The notes beneath the pieces are model-generated. The model was not told the origin of the DNA. It searched no databases and saw nothing but the letters and a program-made list of their open reading frames with translations. Source: Thermoplasmata archaeon (GTDB lineage: Archaea; Thermoplasmatota; Thermoplasmata; Lutacidiplasmatales; UBA184). From it: a DNA stretch of 64,000 nucleotides. The stretch is from NCBI GenBank assembly GCA_027315165.1, contig DAHUYN010000007.1, positions 10,260 through 74,259 on the forward strand, written 5' to 3'. The position numbers and the translations under genes are program-made. Positions within the stretch are counted from its first letter, which is position 1. Each line of letters opens with the position of its first letter. This document shows, piece by piece, positions 37,987 to 46,352 of the stretch.

Positions 37987-40149
37987 TCAGGTGAACGTCG
38001 TCGCCTGGTTCAGGATCGAGAGCGGCATCTGGTCGTTGTAGACGTACAGGTCGACCAGCGTGCTCGCGACCGAGACGCTCAGCGTGAACGGACCGTTGGA
38101 AGGCGCCTGCCAGGTGAGCGTGAGCCAGACGATCCCACCCGTCCCCGACACCGTCGAGGTCGCGGTGACGCCGACGCCGTTGTAGAGCGCGAGCGTGCCG
38201 TTCACGCGGAGCGAGGCGACGACCGCCGTCCCGGCGGGCCCGTTGTCGCGGACGCCGACGTAAACGGTCGTCGGGCGCGTGTGGCTGAGCCCGAGCAGGG
38301 TCACCTGGGCCAGGCCGACGTCGGCGAGGGCGCGGCCGCTCGACGAGGAGCTCGAGAGACCCGCCATGTAGCCGATGAGATTGTAGAGGAGGGCCGCGCC
38401 GGCCTGACCCGTCCCGAACGAGCTGCCCGAGGGGAGGGGCGTCGTGAGGAGCGCCGGGTCGGCGGCGAGGCCGACGCTGTGGCCCGTGCCGACATCCCCG
38501 ACGACGTTGGTGCCGGCCTTGAGGAAGGCGGTTCCGGTGACGCCCTGGGAGAAGTAGTCGTACGGGACGAACTGGCTCGAGGTCGAGAGCGTCTTGTTCA
38601 GCGTGAGCGTGGCCGGGACGCCGTCGGACCGGAGCCCGATCGCGCCGGAGCCGGCGTAGGCGACCGACGCCGTCGCGTTCGGCACGGTGACGCACGTCCC
38701 CGAGCTCGTCCACTTCGCGCCGACCAGGGAGAAGTAGGCGCTCGTGTAGCTCGTGCAGGTGGTCAGCCCGAAGGCGAAGGCGCCCGTGAGGAGGAACGAC
38801 GGCCCGCTCGCGCCGGTGATCTTCGCCTGCTCGGTCGTGCTCGGGGCCTTCGGGCAGCCGCTCGCCCAGTTGCTCCCGAAGTTGATCAGGACGAGCCCGT
38901 AGCTGTTGAACGTCGTCGAGGCGGGCAGGCCCGTCGTGCAGGCGACGAACATCGAGGTGAACGGCACGCCGGCGGCCGTGAGCTCCTGCGCGAGATACGC
39001 GCTCGAGTTGTACGAGGTCCGGACGCCGTTGAGGACGTTGTGCGCGACGAACAGGATCCTCGGGAAGACGGTCAGGTTCAGGGTCGCGGTCGTGACGGTG
39101 GTCCCGCCCGTGGTCGTGACGGCCTCGAGGAGGTAGCTGCCCGGGAGGGACGGCGTCCAGGTCGCCGTCACGACGGCCGTCGAGCCGGCCGGGACCGACC
39201 CGGTCACGTTCGAGAACGCCGCGCCGTTCGCCAGGAAGGAGACGGTCACGCTCGCCCCGGCGCCGCCGGCGGCGACGTAGTCGCTGAGCAGGACCGGCAC
39301 GCCCTTGACGGGGGCCGTCGTGTTCGCGCCGAGCGTCGAGGTGAACGCGCTCGCCGACGCCTCGATCGTCACGGTGAAGGCGATGCTGTTGCGGATCCCC
39401 GAGGCGTCGGTGGCGTTGACGAACAGGTAGAACGTCCCGGTCGAGCTCGTGGTCCCCGAGGCGACGTTGTAGGACCAGAGCCCCGTCACCGCGGAGAAGG
39501 TCATCGCAACCAGGCCCGTGCCCGGAATACCGGGGAGGAGCGAGAGGTTCGCGTAGACCGAGTGGGTGTTCAGCGTCGGGTCCGTGATCTGGACGCTGAC
39601 CGAGAAGGCCTCGCCGACCTGCGGCGTCGTCGGGGAGATCAGGACGCGCACGAACGTCGGGGCCGCGGCGAGCGTCTGGCCGGGGAGCGTCACGCGGAAG
39701 AGCAGCTGCGTCGAGGTGACGACGGAGATCGTGAGGTTCTCCGCCGCGGGGAGCGCGGCGCTCGTCACGTCCGCGTACCAGCTCTGGCCGAGGTTCCAGC
39801 TCGTCGAGCCGTTGAGACCGGAGGCGACGGTGAACGGCGAGGGGAACGCTGTCGGAGCGCCGGAGGCGTAGAGGTAGACCAAGGCCGTCGTCGGGACGGT
39901 CGGCCCGGCGAGGTGCAGCACGTTCACGCCGACGATCTGGGTACCCGCGGCGTTGTAGACGAGCCGGGCGGAGAACTGGTCCGCCGGCTGCGGCGACGGC
40001 GTCGGGAACGTGCTCACGAAGAAGAAGATCGACGAGAACAGCGTCACCGTGAGGCCGAGGAGCAGGATCGTCCCGACCACGTCCGATACGCCACGGCGCT
40101 TCCACCGGCGGGACGACCGTCGGGTCCCCCCGAACCCTCGTGCTGTCAA
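37987..40149 (-). CDS. Large archaeal type IV pilin-like protein (class III signal peptide, DUF1628-like N-terminus), about 720 aa
   Basis: RRWKRRG/VSDVVGTILLLGLTVTLFSSIFFFV, then V.HLAG and WNLGQ pilin motifs, followed by Ig-like modules. TTG start after GGAGAG. Confidence 0.85.
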   Translation of the reverse strand: MTARGFGGTRRSSRRWKRRGVSDVVGTILLLGLTVTLFSSIFFFVSTFPTPSPQPADQFSARLVYNAAGTQIVGVNVLHLAGPTVPTTALVYLYASGAPTAFPSPFTVASGLNGSTSWNLGQSWYADVTSAALPAAENLTISVVTSTQLLFRVTLPGQTLAAAPTFVRVLISPTTPQVGEAFSVSVQITDPTLNTHSVYANLSLLPGIPGTGLVAMTFSAVTGLWSYNVASGTTSSTGTFYLFVNATDASGIRNSIAFTVTIEASASAFTSTLGANTTAPVKGVPVLLSDYVAAGGAGASVTVSFLANGAAFSNVTGSVPAGSTAVVTATWTPSLPGSYLLEAVTTTGGTTVTTATLNLTVFPRILFVAHNVLNGVRTSYNSSAYLAQELTAAGVPFTSMFVACTTGLPASTTFNSYGLVLINFGSNWASGCPKAPSTTEQAKITGASGPSFLLTGAFAFGLTTCTSYTSAYFSLVGAKWTSSGTCVTVPNATASVAYAGSGAIGLRSDGVPATLTLNKTLSTSSQFVPYDYFSQGVTGTAFLKAGTNVVGDVGTGHSVGLAADPALLTTPLPSGSSFGTGQAGAALLYNLIGYMAGLSSSSSSGRALADVGLAQVTLLGLSHTRPTTVYVGVRDNGPAGTAVVASLRVNGTLALYNGVGVTATSTVSGTGGIVWLTLTWQAPSNGPFTLSVSVASTLVDLYVYNDQMPLSILNQATTFT

Positions 40150-40370
40150 GGTCTCTCCGAACCCGAGACCGGGTCGGTACGACCGTAAACATGGCGGGCC
40201 TCGGTATTTAGACGTTCTCGCGGGCCCGCGGACCCCCCGCGGCGTCTCGTTCGTGGCTCCGCGCCGCGACCCACACGTATGCGCACCGGCCGCGCGCCGT
40301 CCGGGGCGACCGGCGCGACCCCGGTTATACACAGGTCCGGCCGCGACCGGCCCGAGTTTCGACGAGCCCC

Positions 40371-40490
40371 GGATTTGTTCGACACGTCAGCCGGGACCCG
40401 CGCCGGGGGGTCCCGGCGTCTCTCGCCGCAACACGTGGGATTTGTTTAAGTAGGTGGGCGCGGCATAGCTCGCGCCAGTCGTGTTCGACA
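40371..40490 (+). promoter_or_regulatory. Promoter region with repeated motifs (TGTTCGACA x2, GGATTTGTT x2), TATA TTTAAG and a 10-bp stem inverted repeat
   Basis: TGTTCGACA at 40376-40384 and 40482-40490; GGATTTGTT at 40371 and 40438; GCCGGGACCC...GGGTCCCGGC at 40390-40417. Confidence 0.5.
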
Positions 40491-40984
40491 AACCCACCCC
40501 TCGGCCCCCGGAGCGCTCTCCCGAGCCCTCCGGCCGCCGGGTCGGCCCCGAGGACGAGCGGATCGCGCTGCGGTGCAACCGCAGAGAGCTCCAGCTCCTG
40601 GACTCGTTCGTCGCCAGCGGCGAGTTCCGAAGCCGGTCCGAGCTCATGCGGAGCGCGCTCCAGGAGTTCCTCAGGGCGCGTGCGTCCGAGGCGGTCTCCG
40701 CCCCGGCCGCCGCCCTGCCGCCGGGCCTCGTCGAGGTCCCGGTGCGCCTGCGCCGAGAGGAGGTCGAGGCCTTCACGACCTACGCCGAGCAGGTGGCGAA
40801 CGGGCAACCGCTCGCCGACCTGCTGGCGACGGTGCTCCGCCGCGGTGAGGTGGAGCTGAAGGTCTCCGAGCTCGCGAAGCGGGCCCGCCAGCAGCGGACA
40901 GAGGCCGACGAGGCGCGAGCCTCGTTGAGCGAGCTGTCGCGCAGTGGCGAGGACCTCGCGCGTCGGGGGGTCGTGGGCCGGTAG
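40481..40984 (+). CDS. Ribbon-helix-helix transcription factor, CdrS-like, with a C-terminal extension
   Basis: ERIALRCNRRELQLLDSFVASGEFRSRSELMRSALQEFL matches the CopG/CdrS pattern (GEF..RSE..R.A). A second RHH-like segment and a coiled-coil-like tail follow. Confidence 0.85.
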   Translation: MFDKPTPRPPERSPEPSGRRVGPEDERIALRCNRRELQLLDSFVASGEFRSRSELMRSALQEFLRARASEAVSAPAAALPPGLVEVPVRLRREEVEAFTTYAEQVANGQPLADLLATVLRRGEVELKVSELAKRARQQRTEADEARASLSELSRSGEDLARRGVVGR

Positions 40985-41013
40985 GCCGCGGGGGAGAGGA
41001 CACGCTACCAGGG

Positions 41014-41928
41014 GTGGGAGCGACGTACGAGAACGAGCTGGAGGAACGCGGGGCAGAACGAACACCGGAGCGGACCGACGAGGGCTTCGAGGACATCGTC
41101 TTCGAGGCGCCGCGGCTCGGCCACGACATCCGGTTCATCTTCGCCGCCGTCGGCGGCGGCGCGGTCCGCATCGGCCGTGAGGTCGCGAATCACCACCTCA
41201 AGTACGTCGAGACCGTGGCGATCAACTGCGACGCCCAGGTCCAGGACCTCGAGGAGTACGACCGCCGGGTCTACCTCGGTCCGCACGATGGCACGGCCGG
41301 CGACACGCGCGGCTCCCCCTCGGAGGGCGGCCAGATCGCCCGCGCCGCGATGCCCGCCCTCGAGCGGATCTTCGACGGCGCCACGTTCGTCACCGTCCTC
41401 TGCAGCCTTGGCGGCGGCTCCGGCACCGGAGCGCTCCCCTACGTCATCGAGGCCGCCGTGCGCTCCGCGCGCGTCGTCACGGTCTTCGCCGTCAAGCCGT
41501 TCAAGGTCGAGGGCGACCGCCGCGCCGTCGCCGACCGCGCGCTCGCCCGGCTCCACTTCGTCGAGCCGTTCGTCGAGAAGCAGGAGTTCGGGGCCGCCCG
41601 CCTCCAGATCCTCGACAACGAGTCGCTCCACACGAAGGGCCGGACGATGCTCTTCAAGGACGTGAACCTCCACTGGGGCCGCGTGATCGCGACGCACATC
41701 GACCGGTCGTTCATCGGTCCGTCCGAGCACGAGCTCGCCAAGTTCCACGAGAACCACCCGGTGCCGGCCCCGACGCTCGCCACGAGCCTCGAGCTGCCGC
41801 GCCCCGCGGCCCTCGACCCGATGGCGCTCCCGCCTCTCCTCCCGCAGGCGGGCTGGGCGCCCGAGGCGCCGTCCGAGACGGAGCTCACCTTCGAGGTCGA
41901 CCGTCCCGGCGGCCCGGGTCTCTCGTAG
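41014..41928 (+). CDS. Divergent, C-terminally truncated FtsZ/tubulin-family GTPase-domain protein
   Basis: VGGG, AINCD, LGGGSGTG signature, KPFKVEG and ILDNESL. There is no NxDxxD T7 loop; a Pro-rich tail follows helix 7. Confidence 0.85.
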   Translation: MGATYENELEERGAERTPERTDEGFEDIVFEAPRLGHDIRFIFAAVGGGAVRIGREVANHHLKYVETVAINCDAQVQDLEEYDRRVYLGPHDGTAGDTRGSPSEGGQIARAAMPALERIFDGATFVTVLCSLGGGSGTGALPYVIEAAVRSARVVTVFAVKPFKVEGDRRAVADRALARLHFVEPFVEKQEFGAARLQILDNESLHTKGRTMLFKDVNLHWGRVIATHIDRSFIGPSEHELAKFHENHPVPAPTLATSLELPRPAALDPMALPPLLPQAGWAPEAPSETELTFEVDRPGGPGLS

Positions 41929-41992
41929 GGGCGGCGCGGCCCCGGACGCCGACCGCGCGCAACCTTAAGTGCGGAGCCGACTCGGAGCGGCG

Positions 41993-42157
41993 ATGGACGC
42001 GCGGCTCACGGTCGGCCTCGGCACCTTCGTGCTGCCGGCCGCGCTGATCGGGGTCACCGTCTGGAAGTTCTCCTCGAACCCCCTGGCCGTGCTCGCCCTG
42101 CTCGCGGTGATGCTCGTCGGCGGCTTCTACCTGCTGAGCTACACGGGCTCGGAGTAG
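41993..42157 (+). CDS. Small two-TM membrane protein (54 aa)
   Basis: MDARLTVGLGTFVLPAALIGVTVWKFSSNPLAVLALLAVMLVGGFYLLSYTGSE; CTTAAG at 41964-41969. Confidence 0.7.
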   Translation: MDARLTVGLGTFVLPAALIGVTVWKFSSNPLAVLALLAVMLVGGFYLLSYTGSE

Positions 42158-42197
42158 GGCGAGGGTCCGCGGCGAGAGGCCGCGACCGACGGCCGGC

Positions 42198-42980
42198 CTA
42201 CTGGTACATCCCCGGGATCGCGGGCGGCCCTTCCGTCGTAGGCTCCGCCGTGCGGGGCCGGTTCTTCATGGCGGCGCGGAGCGCCCGCTCGATCACCTCG
42301 GCCTGGGAGCGGAGAGGGCCGGTGTCGATCGACAGCTCGGGGAGGAACCGGTCGAGCATCTCGATCAGCGCGGCGCCCGCGCGGTGGTCGGGGAACCCCT
42401 CGGGCCCCTGCGAGCTCGTGAGAAGCACGGCGACGGGCACCGAGCGGTGGATCCCCTTGACGAGCAGCGCGCCCGAGACGCCGCCGATGACCCCGTCGTC
42501 GAGCGACCGGGCGCCCGCGACGCGGAACGTCGTCGCGAGGCTCGGGTCCGGTCGCGAGAGGACCACCCACACGCTCTCGGTCGGCTCGGCGGGGGCCTCC
42601 TCCTCGACCGGATGCGGCACGACGCCCTCGAGGCAGACGACCATACGGCACCCCTTCGCCTCCGCGGCGGTGAGGATCGTCTCGGCGATCGACGCCGAGG
42701 CGCCGGCGGAGGTGGGGAACTCCGAGACGACGAGCCCGAGGTTCGGCCGACCGTAGACGCGTACGGCCGGCTGGACGTGCCCGGACTGGACGAGCGCGAT
42801 CGGCGGGGCATCCGGCGAGTCGAGGAACCCGACGCGGGGCAGGTTCAGCGTGCGGACGATGTAGTGGGCCGCGACGGTCGTCGCGAGCCCGGCGCTGGGA
42901 AAGCTCGTGAGGAGGACCGCGCCCTTGGCGAGGGCCGGGGCGCCGGGCTCGTCGATCCAGCGGAACGGTGCGGCCGTCAT
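42198..42980 (-). CDS. PAC2 family proteasome assembly chaperone (PbaA/PbaB-like)
   Basis: FPSAGL...AAHYIV, VRVY, GVIGGVSGALL and FPDHRAGAALIE; C-terminal MYQ (HbYX). Confidence 0.88.
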   Translation of the reverse strand: MTAAPFRWIDEPGAPALAKGAVLLTSFPSAGLATTVAAHYIVRTLNLPRVGFLDSPDAPPIALVQSGHVQPAVRVYGRPNLGLVVSEFPTSAGASASIAETILTAAEAKGCRMVVCLEGVVPHPVEEEAPAEPTESVWVVLSRPDPSLATTFRVAGARSLDDGVIGGVSGALLVKGIHRSVPVAVLLTSSQGPEGFPDHRAGAALIEMLDRFLPELSIDTGPLRSQAEVIERALRAAMKNRPRTAEPTTEGPPAIPGMYQ

Positions 42981-43070
42981 CGGCGCGAGGTAGGTTCGAC
43001 AGTACTAAGCCCTTCGGAGCGCGTCAGCGCCGCGCAAAGGCCCAAGTACTCGCCGCCCGGTGACCGCGCT

Positions 43071-44102
43071 GTGGGGCTGCCGTTCCGGGACCTCGTCCGG
43101 CCGCAGGAGCTCACCTGGGAGGCTCTCTCAGGGCGTACCCTCGCCGTCGACGGCTACAACGCGATCTACCAGTTCCTCGCGACGATCCGTCAGGCCGACG
43201 GCCGGCCGTTCTCCGACGCGAACGGCCAGGTCACGAGCCACCTGATGGGCGTCCTCTACCGGACGACCTCGCTCCTCTCGAGCGGGGTCCGCCCGGTCTG
43301 GGTGTTCGACGGCAAGCCGCCCGAGCTCAAGTCGGCGACGCTGCGCGCGCGCTTCCAGGCCAAGCAACGGGCCGAGGCCGCGTGGGAGGAGGCGCTCTCC
43401 CGTGGAGACCTCGAGACGGCCCGCAAGAAGGCCGCGATGACCTCCCGCCTCACGCGCCCGATGGCCGAGGAGGCGAAGGCGCTCCTCGGCGCCCTCGGCG
43501 TTCCCTCGGTCCAGGCCCCGTCGGAGGGCGAGGCGCAGGCGGCCCACATGGCGGCCCGCGGCCTCGTCTGGGCGACGGCGAGCGAGGACTACGACGTCCT
43601 CCTCTTCGGCGCGCCGAGGCTCGTGCGGGGGCTCGCGGCTCGCGGCCAGCGGGGCCAGTCCCCGGGCGCCCAGGTGATCGACCGCGACGCGCTCCTCCGG
43701 GAGCTCGGGATCGATGGCGAGGAGCTGATCCTCGTCGGACTCCTCGTCGGCACCGACTTCAACGAGGGGGCTCGAGGCTACGGTCCGAAGCGGGCCCTCA
43801 AGCTCGCGCAAGAGCACCTCGGCTGGGAGCCGTCCCTCCGCAAGGCCGGCCTCGTTCCGGCCGAGGTCGCACCGGTCGCCGACCTGTTCCGCCACCCCGA
43901 GGTCGCCGAGGTCGAGCTCCCGACGTTCCGACCCGCCAACGAGGCGCTCGTGCGGCGGCTCCTCGTCGACGGCCACGGGTTCGCCGAGGAGCGGGTCCGC
44001 GGGGCCCTCCGCCGGGCCGAGCGCGCTCCGGCGGAGGCGCCGGCGAACGCGCCCCGAGGCCACCAGGCGCTCCTCGACGCCTTCGCGGAGGGAGACCCAT
44101 GA
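43071..44102 (+). CDS. fen: Flap endonuclease 1
   Basis: AVDGYNAIYQFLATIRQ, TSHLMG, WVFDGKPP, APSEGEAQAA, SEDYD.LLFGA and GTDFN; PIP-like QALLDAF. Confidence 0.95.
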   Translation: MGLPFRDLVRPQELTWEALSGRTLAVDGYNAIYQFLATIRQADGRPFSDANGQVTSHLMGVLYRTTSLLSSGVRPVWVFDGKPPELKSATLRARFQAKQRAEAAWEEALSRGDLETARKKAAMTSRLTRPMAEEAKALLGALGVPSVQAPSEGEAQAAHMAARGLVWATASEDYDVLLFGAPRLVRGLAARGQRGQSPGAQVIDRDALLRELGIDGEELILVGLLVGTDFNEGARGYGPKRALKLAQEHLGWEPSLRKAGLVPAEVAPVADLFRHPEVAEVELPTFRPANEALVRRLLVDGHGFAEERVRGALRRAERAPAEAPANAPRGHQALLDAFAEGDP

Positions 44103-45598
44103 AACGGTTCGAGTCGGTGCCGAATTTCTCCGAGGGACGCGACCCGGCGAAGGTCGAGGCGATCGCCAACGAGGCGCGCGGCGTCGCCGGCGTGACCGTG
44201 CTCGACGTCGAGAGCAACGCCGACCACAACCGCTCGGTGATCTCGCTCGTCGGCGAGGGCCCCGCGCTCGTCGAGGCGACGCTCCGGATGGTCCGGAAGG
44301 CCGTCGCAACGATCGACCTCACCCAGCACAAGGGCGAGCATCCCCGGATGGGGGCGGTCGACGTCATCCCGTTCGTGCCCCTCGGGGACGCGACGCTCGA
44401 GGAGGCGGTGCGGCTCTCGGAAAGCCTCGCCGAGCGGGTCTGGAAGGAGGTCGGGCTCCCGGTCTACCTCTACGGGGCGGCCGCCCGGCGTCCCGAGCGC
44501 AGCGACCTCGCCGTCGTCCGCAAGGGCCAGTTCGAGGGGATCCGCGACACGATCGCCTCCGACAAGGCCCGGGCGCCCGACTACGGCGAGCCGCGCGTGC
44601 ACCCGACGGCCGGCATCGTCGCGATCGGCGCGCGTCCCGTCCTCATCGCCTACAACGCCTACCTGTCGACCCCGGACGTCGCGATCGCCAAGCGGATCGC
44701 GCACGCCGTGAGGGGGCGCGACGGCGGTCTCGTCGAGGTCAAGGCCCTCGGCTTCGAGATCCTCGAGCGGCATCGGGCGCAGGTCTCGATGAACCTCACC
44801 GACTACCGTCGGACCCCCGTCCACCGCGCCCTCGAGGCGGTCCGCCGGGAAGCGGAGCGGTTCGGGGTCCTCGTCGAGGAGTCGGAGGTCGTCGGGCTCA
44901 TCCCCGAGGACGCCCTCTTCGACGCCGCCGAGCACTACCTGCAGCTCCACGGGTTCGACCGGGCCCAGGTCCTCGAGAGAAAGCTTCGCGCCGCCGCCGC
45001 CGGGCCCCTCGGGCCGGAGGCCGCGACGCTCGCCTCGACGAGCCTCGAAGCGTTCGCCGGCCGCCTCGCGGCCCGCACCCCGACGCCCGGCGGCGGGAGC
45101 GCCGCCGCGGCCGCCGGGGCGTTCGGCGCCGCTCTCGGCGAGATGGTCTTGGCCTACTCCGCCCCCGCGACGGGCCCGGACGCCGAGCTCGCCAGCGGCT
45201 CGGCCGAGCTGGCGCGGCTGCGCTCGGCGCTCCTTGGGGCCGTCGACGAGGACAGCGCCTCCTTCGAGGCGGTCCGGGCGGCCCGCCGACGTCGCAAGGA
45301 GGCTCCCGACGACCCCGAGGCCGCGCGCTCGTGGAAGGCGGCGCTGCGTCGGTCGGCCGAGGTCCCGCTCGAGACCGCGCAGGCGGCCGTGTCGGCGCGC
45401 GACCTCCTCGAGCGTCTGGCGGGCCGCGTCAAGCCGACGATCGCGAGCGACCTCAGCACGGCCCTCGCGCTCCTCGAGGCCGCGCGGACCGGCGCCCTCG
45501 CCAATGTCCGCATCAACCTCGAGGAGATCGACCGCGCGGGCGAGCCGGCGAGCGACCTCCACGCCGCCGTCGGGCGGCTGTCGTCGCGCCCGAGGTGA
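44099..45598 (+). CDS. ftcd: Glutamate formimidoyltransferase / formiminotetrahydrofolate cyclodeaminase
   Basis: ESVPNFSEGRD, DHNRSV, HKGEHPRMGAVDV and QVSMNL; cyclodeaminase PTPGGGSAAA...NVRINL. Confidence 0.93.
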   Translation: MKRFESVPNFSEGRDPAKVEAIANEARGVAGVTVLDVESNADHNRSVISLVGEGPALVEATLRMVRKAVATIDLTQHKGEHPRMGAVDVIPFVPLGDATLEEAVRLSESLAERVWKEVGLPVYLYGAAARRPERSDLAVVRKGQFEGIRDTIASDKARAPDYGEPRVHPTAGIVAIGARPVLIAYNAYLSTPDVAIAKRIAHAVRGRDGGLVEVKALGFEILERHRAQVSMNLTDYRRTPVHRALEAVRREAERFGVLVEESEVVGLIPEDALFDAAEHYLQLHGFDRAQVLERKLRAAAAGPLGPEAATLASTSLEAFAGRLAARTPTPGGGSAAAAAGAFGAALGEMVLAYSAPATGPDAELASGSAELARLRSALLGAVDEDSASFEAVRAARRRRKEAPDDPEAARSWKAALRRSAEVPLETAQAAVSARDLLERLAGRVKPTIASDLSTALALLEAARTGALANVRINLEEIDRAGEPASDLHAAVGRLSSRPR

Positions 45599-45610
45599 TC
45601 CGGCGGAGCC

Positions 45611-46321
45611 GTGAGCGCACGCGAGGGGTCCCGGCCCTACGTTCACCTCAACTGCGCCGTCTCCGCCGACGGACGGTTGGCCTACGCGCACGGCCGACGG
45701 GCGCTCCTCTCCGGCCCGGAGGACCTTCGACGCGTGCAGGAGCTTCGGAGCCAGCTCGACGCGATCCTCGTCGGGATCGGTACGGTGCTCGCCGACGACC
45801 CCTCGCTCCGGGTGCACTGGGAGCTGCTCGACCGGCCGCGGGGCCACGAGCCCCTGCGCGTCGTGCTCGACTCGACCGGTCGGACGCCGACGACGGCCCG
45901 CGTCCTCGGCCCGCCGGGCGCGACCCTCGTCGCGACGGCCGCGCGCTGCCCCCGCACGTTCCCGACGCCCGTCGAGGTCTTTCGCGCGGGCGAGGACGAG
46001 GTCGACCTGCCTTCGCTCCTCGCCGAGCTCGCGCGCCGGGGGATCGCCTCGCTCCTCGTCGAGGGCGGCGCGCGGGTCCTGGCCGCGTTCCTGCGGGCGG
46101 GGCTCTACGACGTCCTCACCGTCTACACCGCGCCCGTCGTGATCGGCGGCACGACGGCGCCGCCGATGGTCAGCGGCGTCGAGACGACCGGGGCGGGCGA
46201 GGCCGTCGCGCTCTCGCTCGAGGAGGCCCGACCGCTCGGGGCCGGAGTGCTCCTCCGATACGTTCGTGGGATCGAGCCCGACACGGGCCGGGCGCCCGGC
46301 CGCCGCTCACTACCCTTATAG
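45611..46321 (+). CDS. RibD C-terminal-type pyrimidine reductase (riboflavin biosynthesis)
   Basis: RPYVHLNCAVSADG, DAILVGIGTVLADDPSL, RVVLDS and LLVEGG. Confidence 0.88.
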   Translation: MSAREGSRPYVHLNCAVSADGRLAYAHGRRALLSGPEDLRRVQELRSQLDAILVGIGTVLADDPSLRVHWELLDRPRGHEPLRVVLDSTGRTPTTARVLGPPGATLVATAARCPRTFPTPVEVFRAGEDEVDLPSLLAELARRGIASLLVEGGARVLAAFLRAGLYDVLTVYTAPVVIGGTTAPPMVSGVETTGAGEAVALSLEEARPLGAGVLLRYVRGIEPDTGRAPGRRSLPL

Positions 46322-46352
46322 CGAGGGGCCCCTCACCGCCCCCGAGGGAGCC

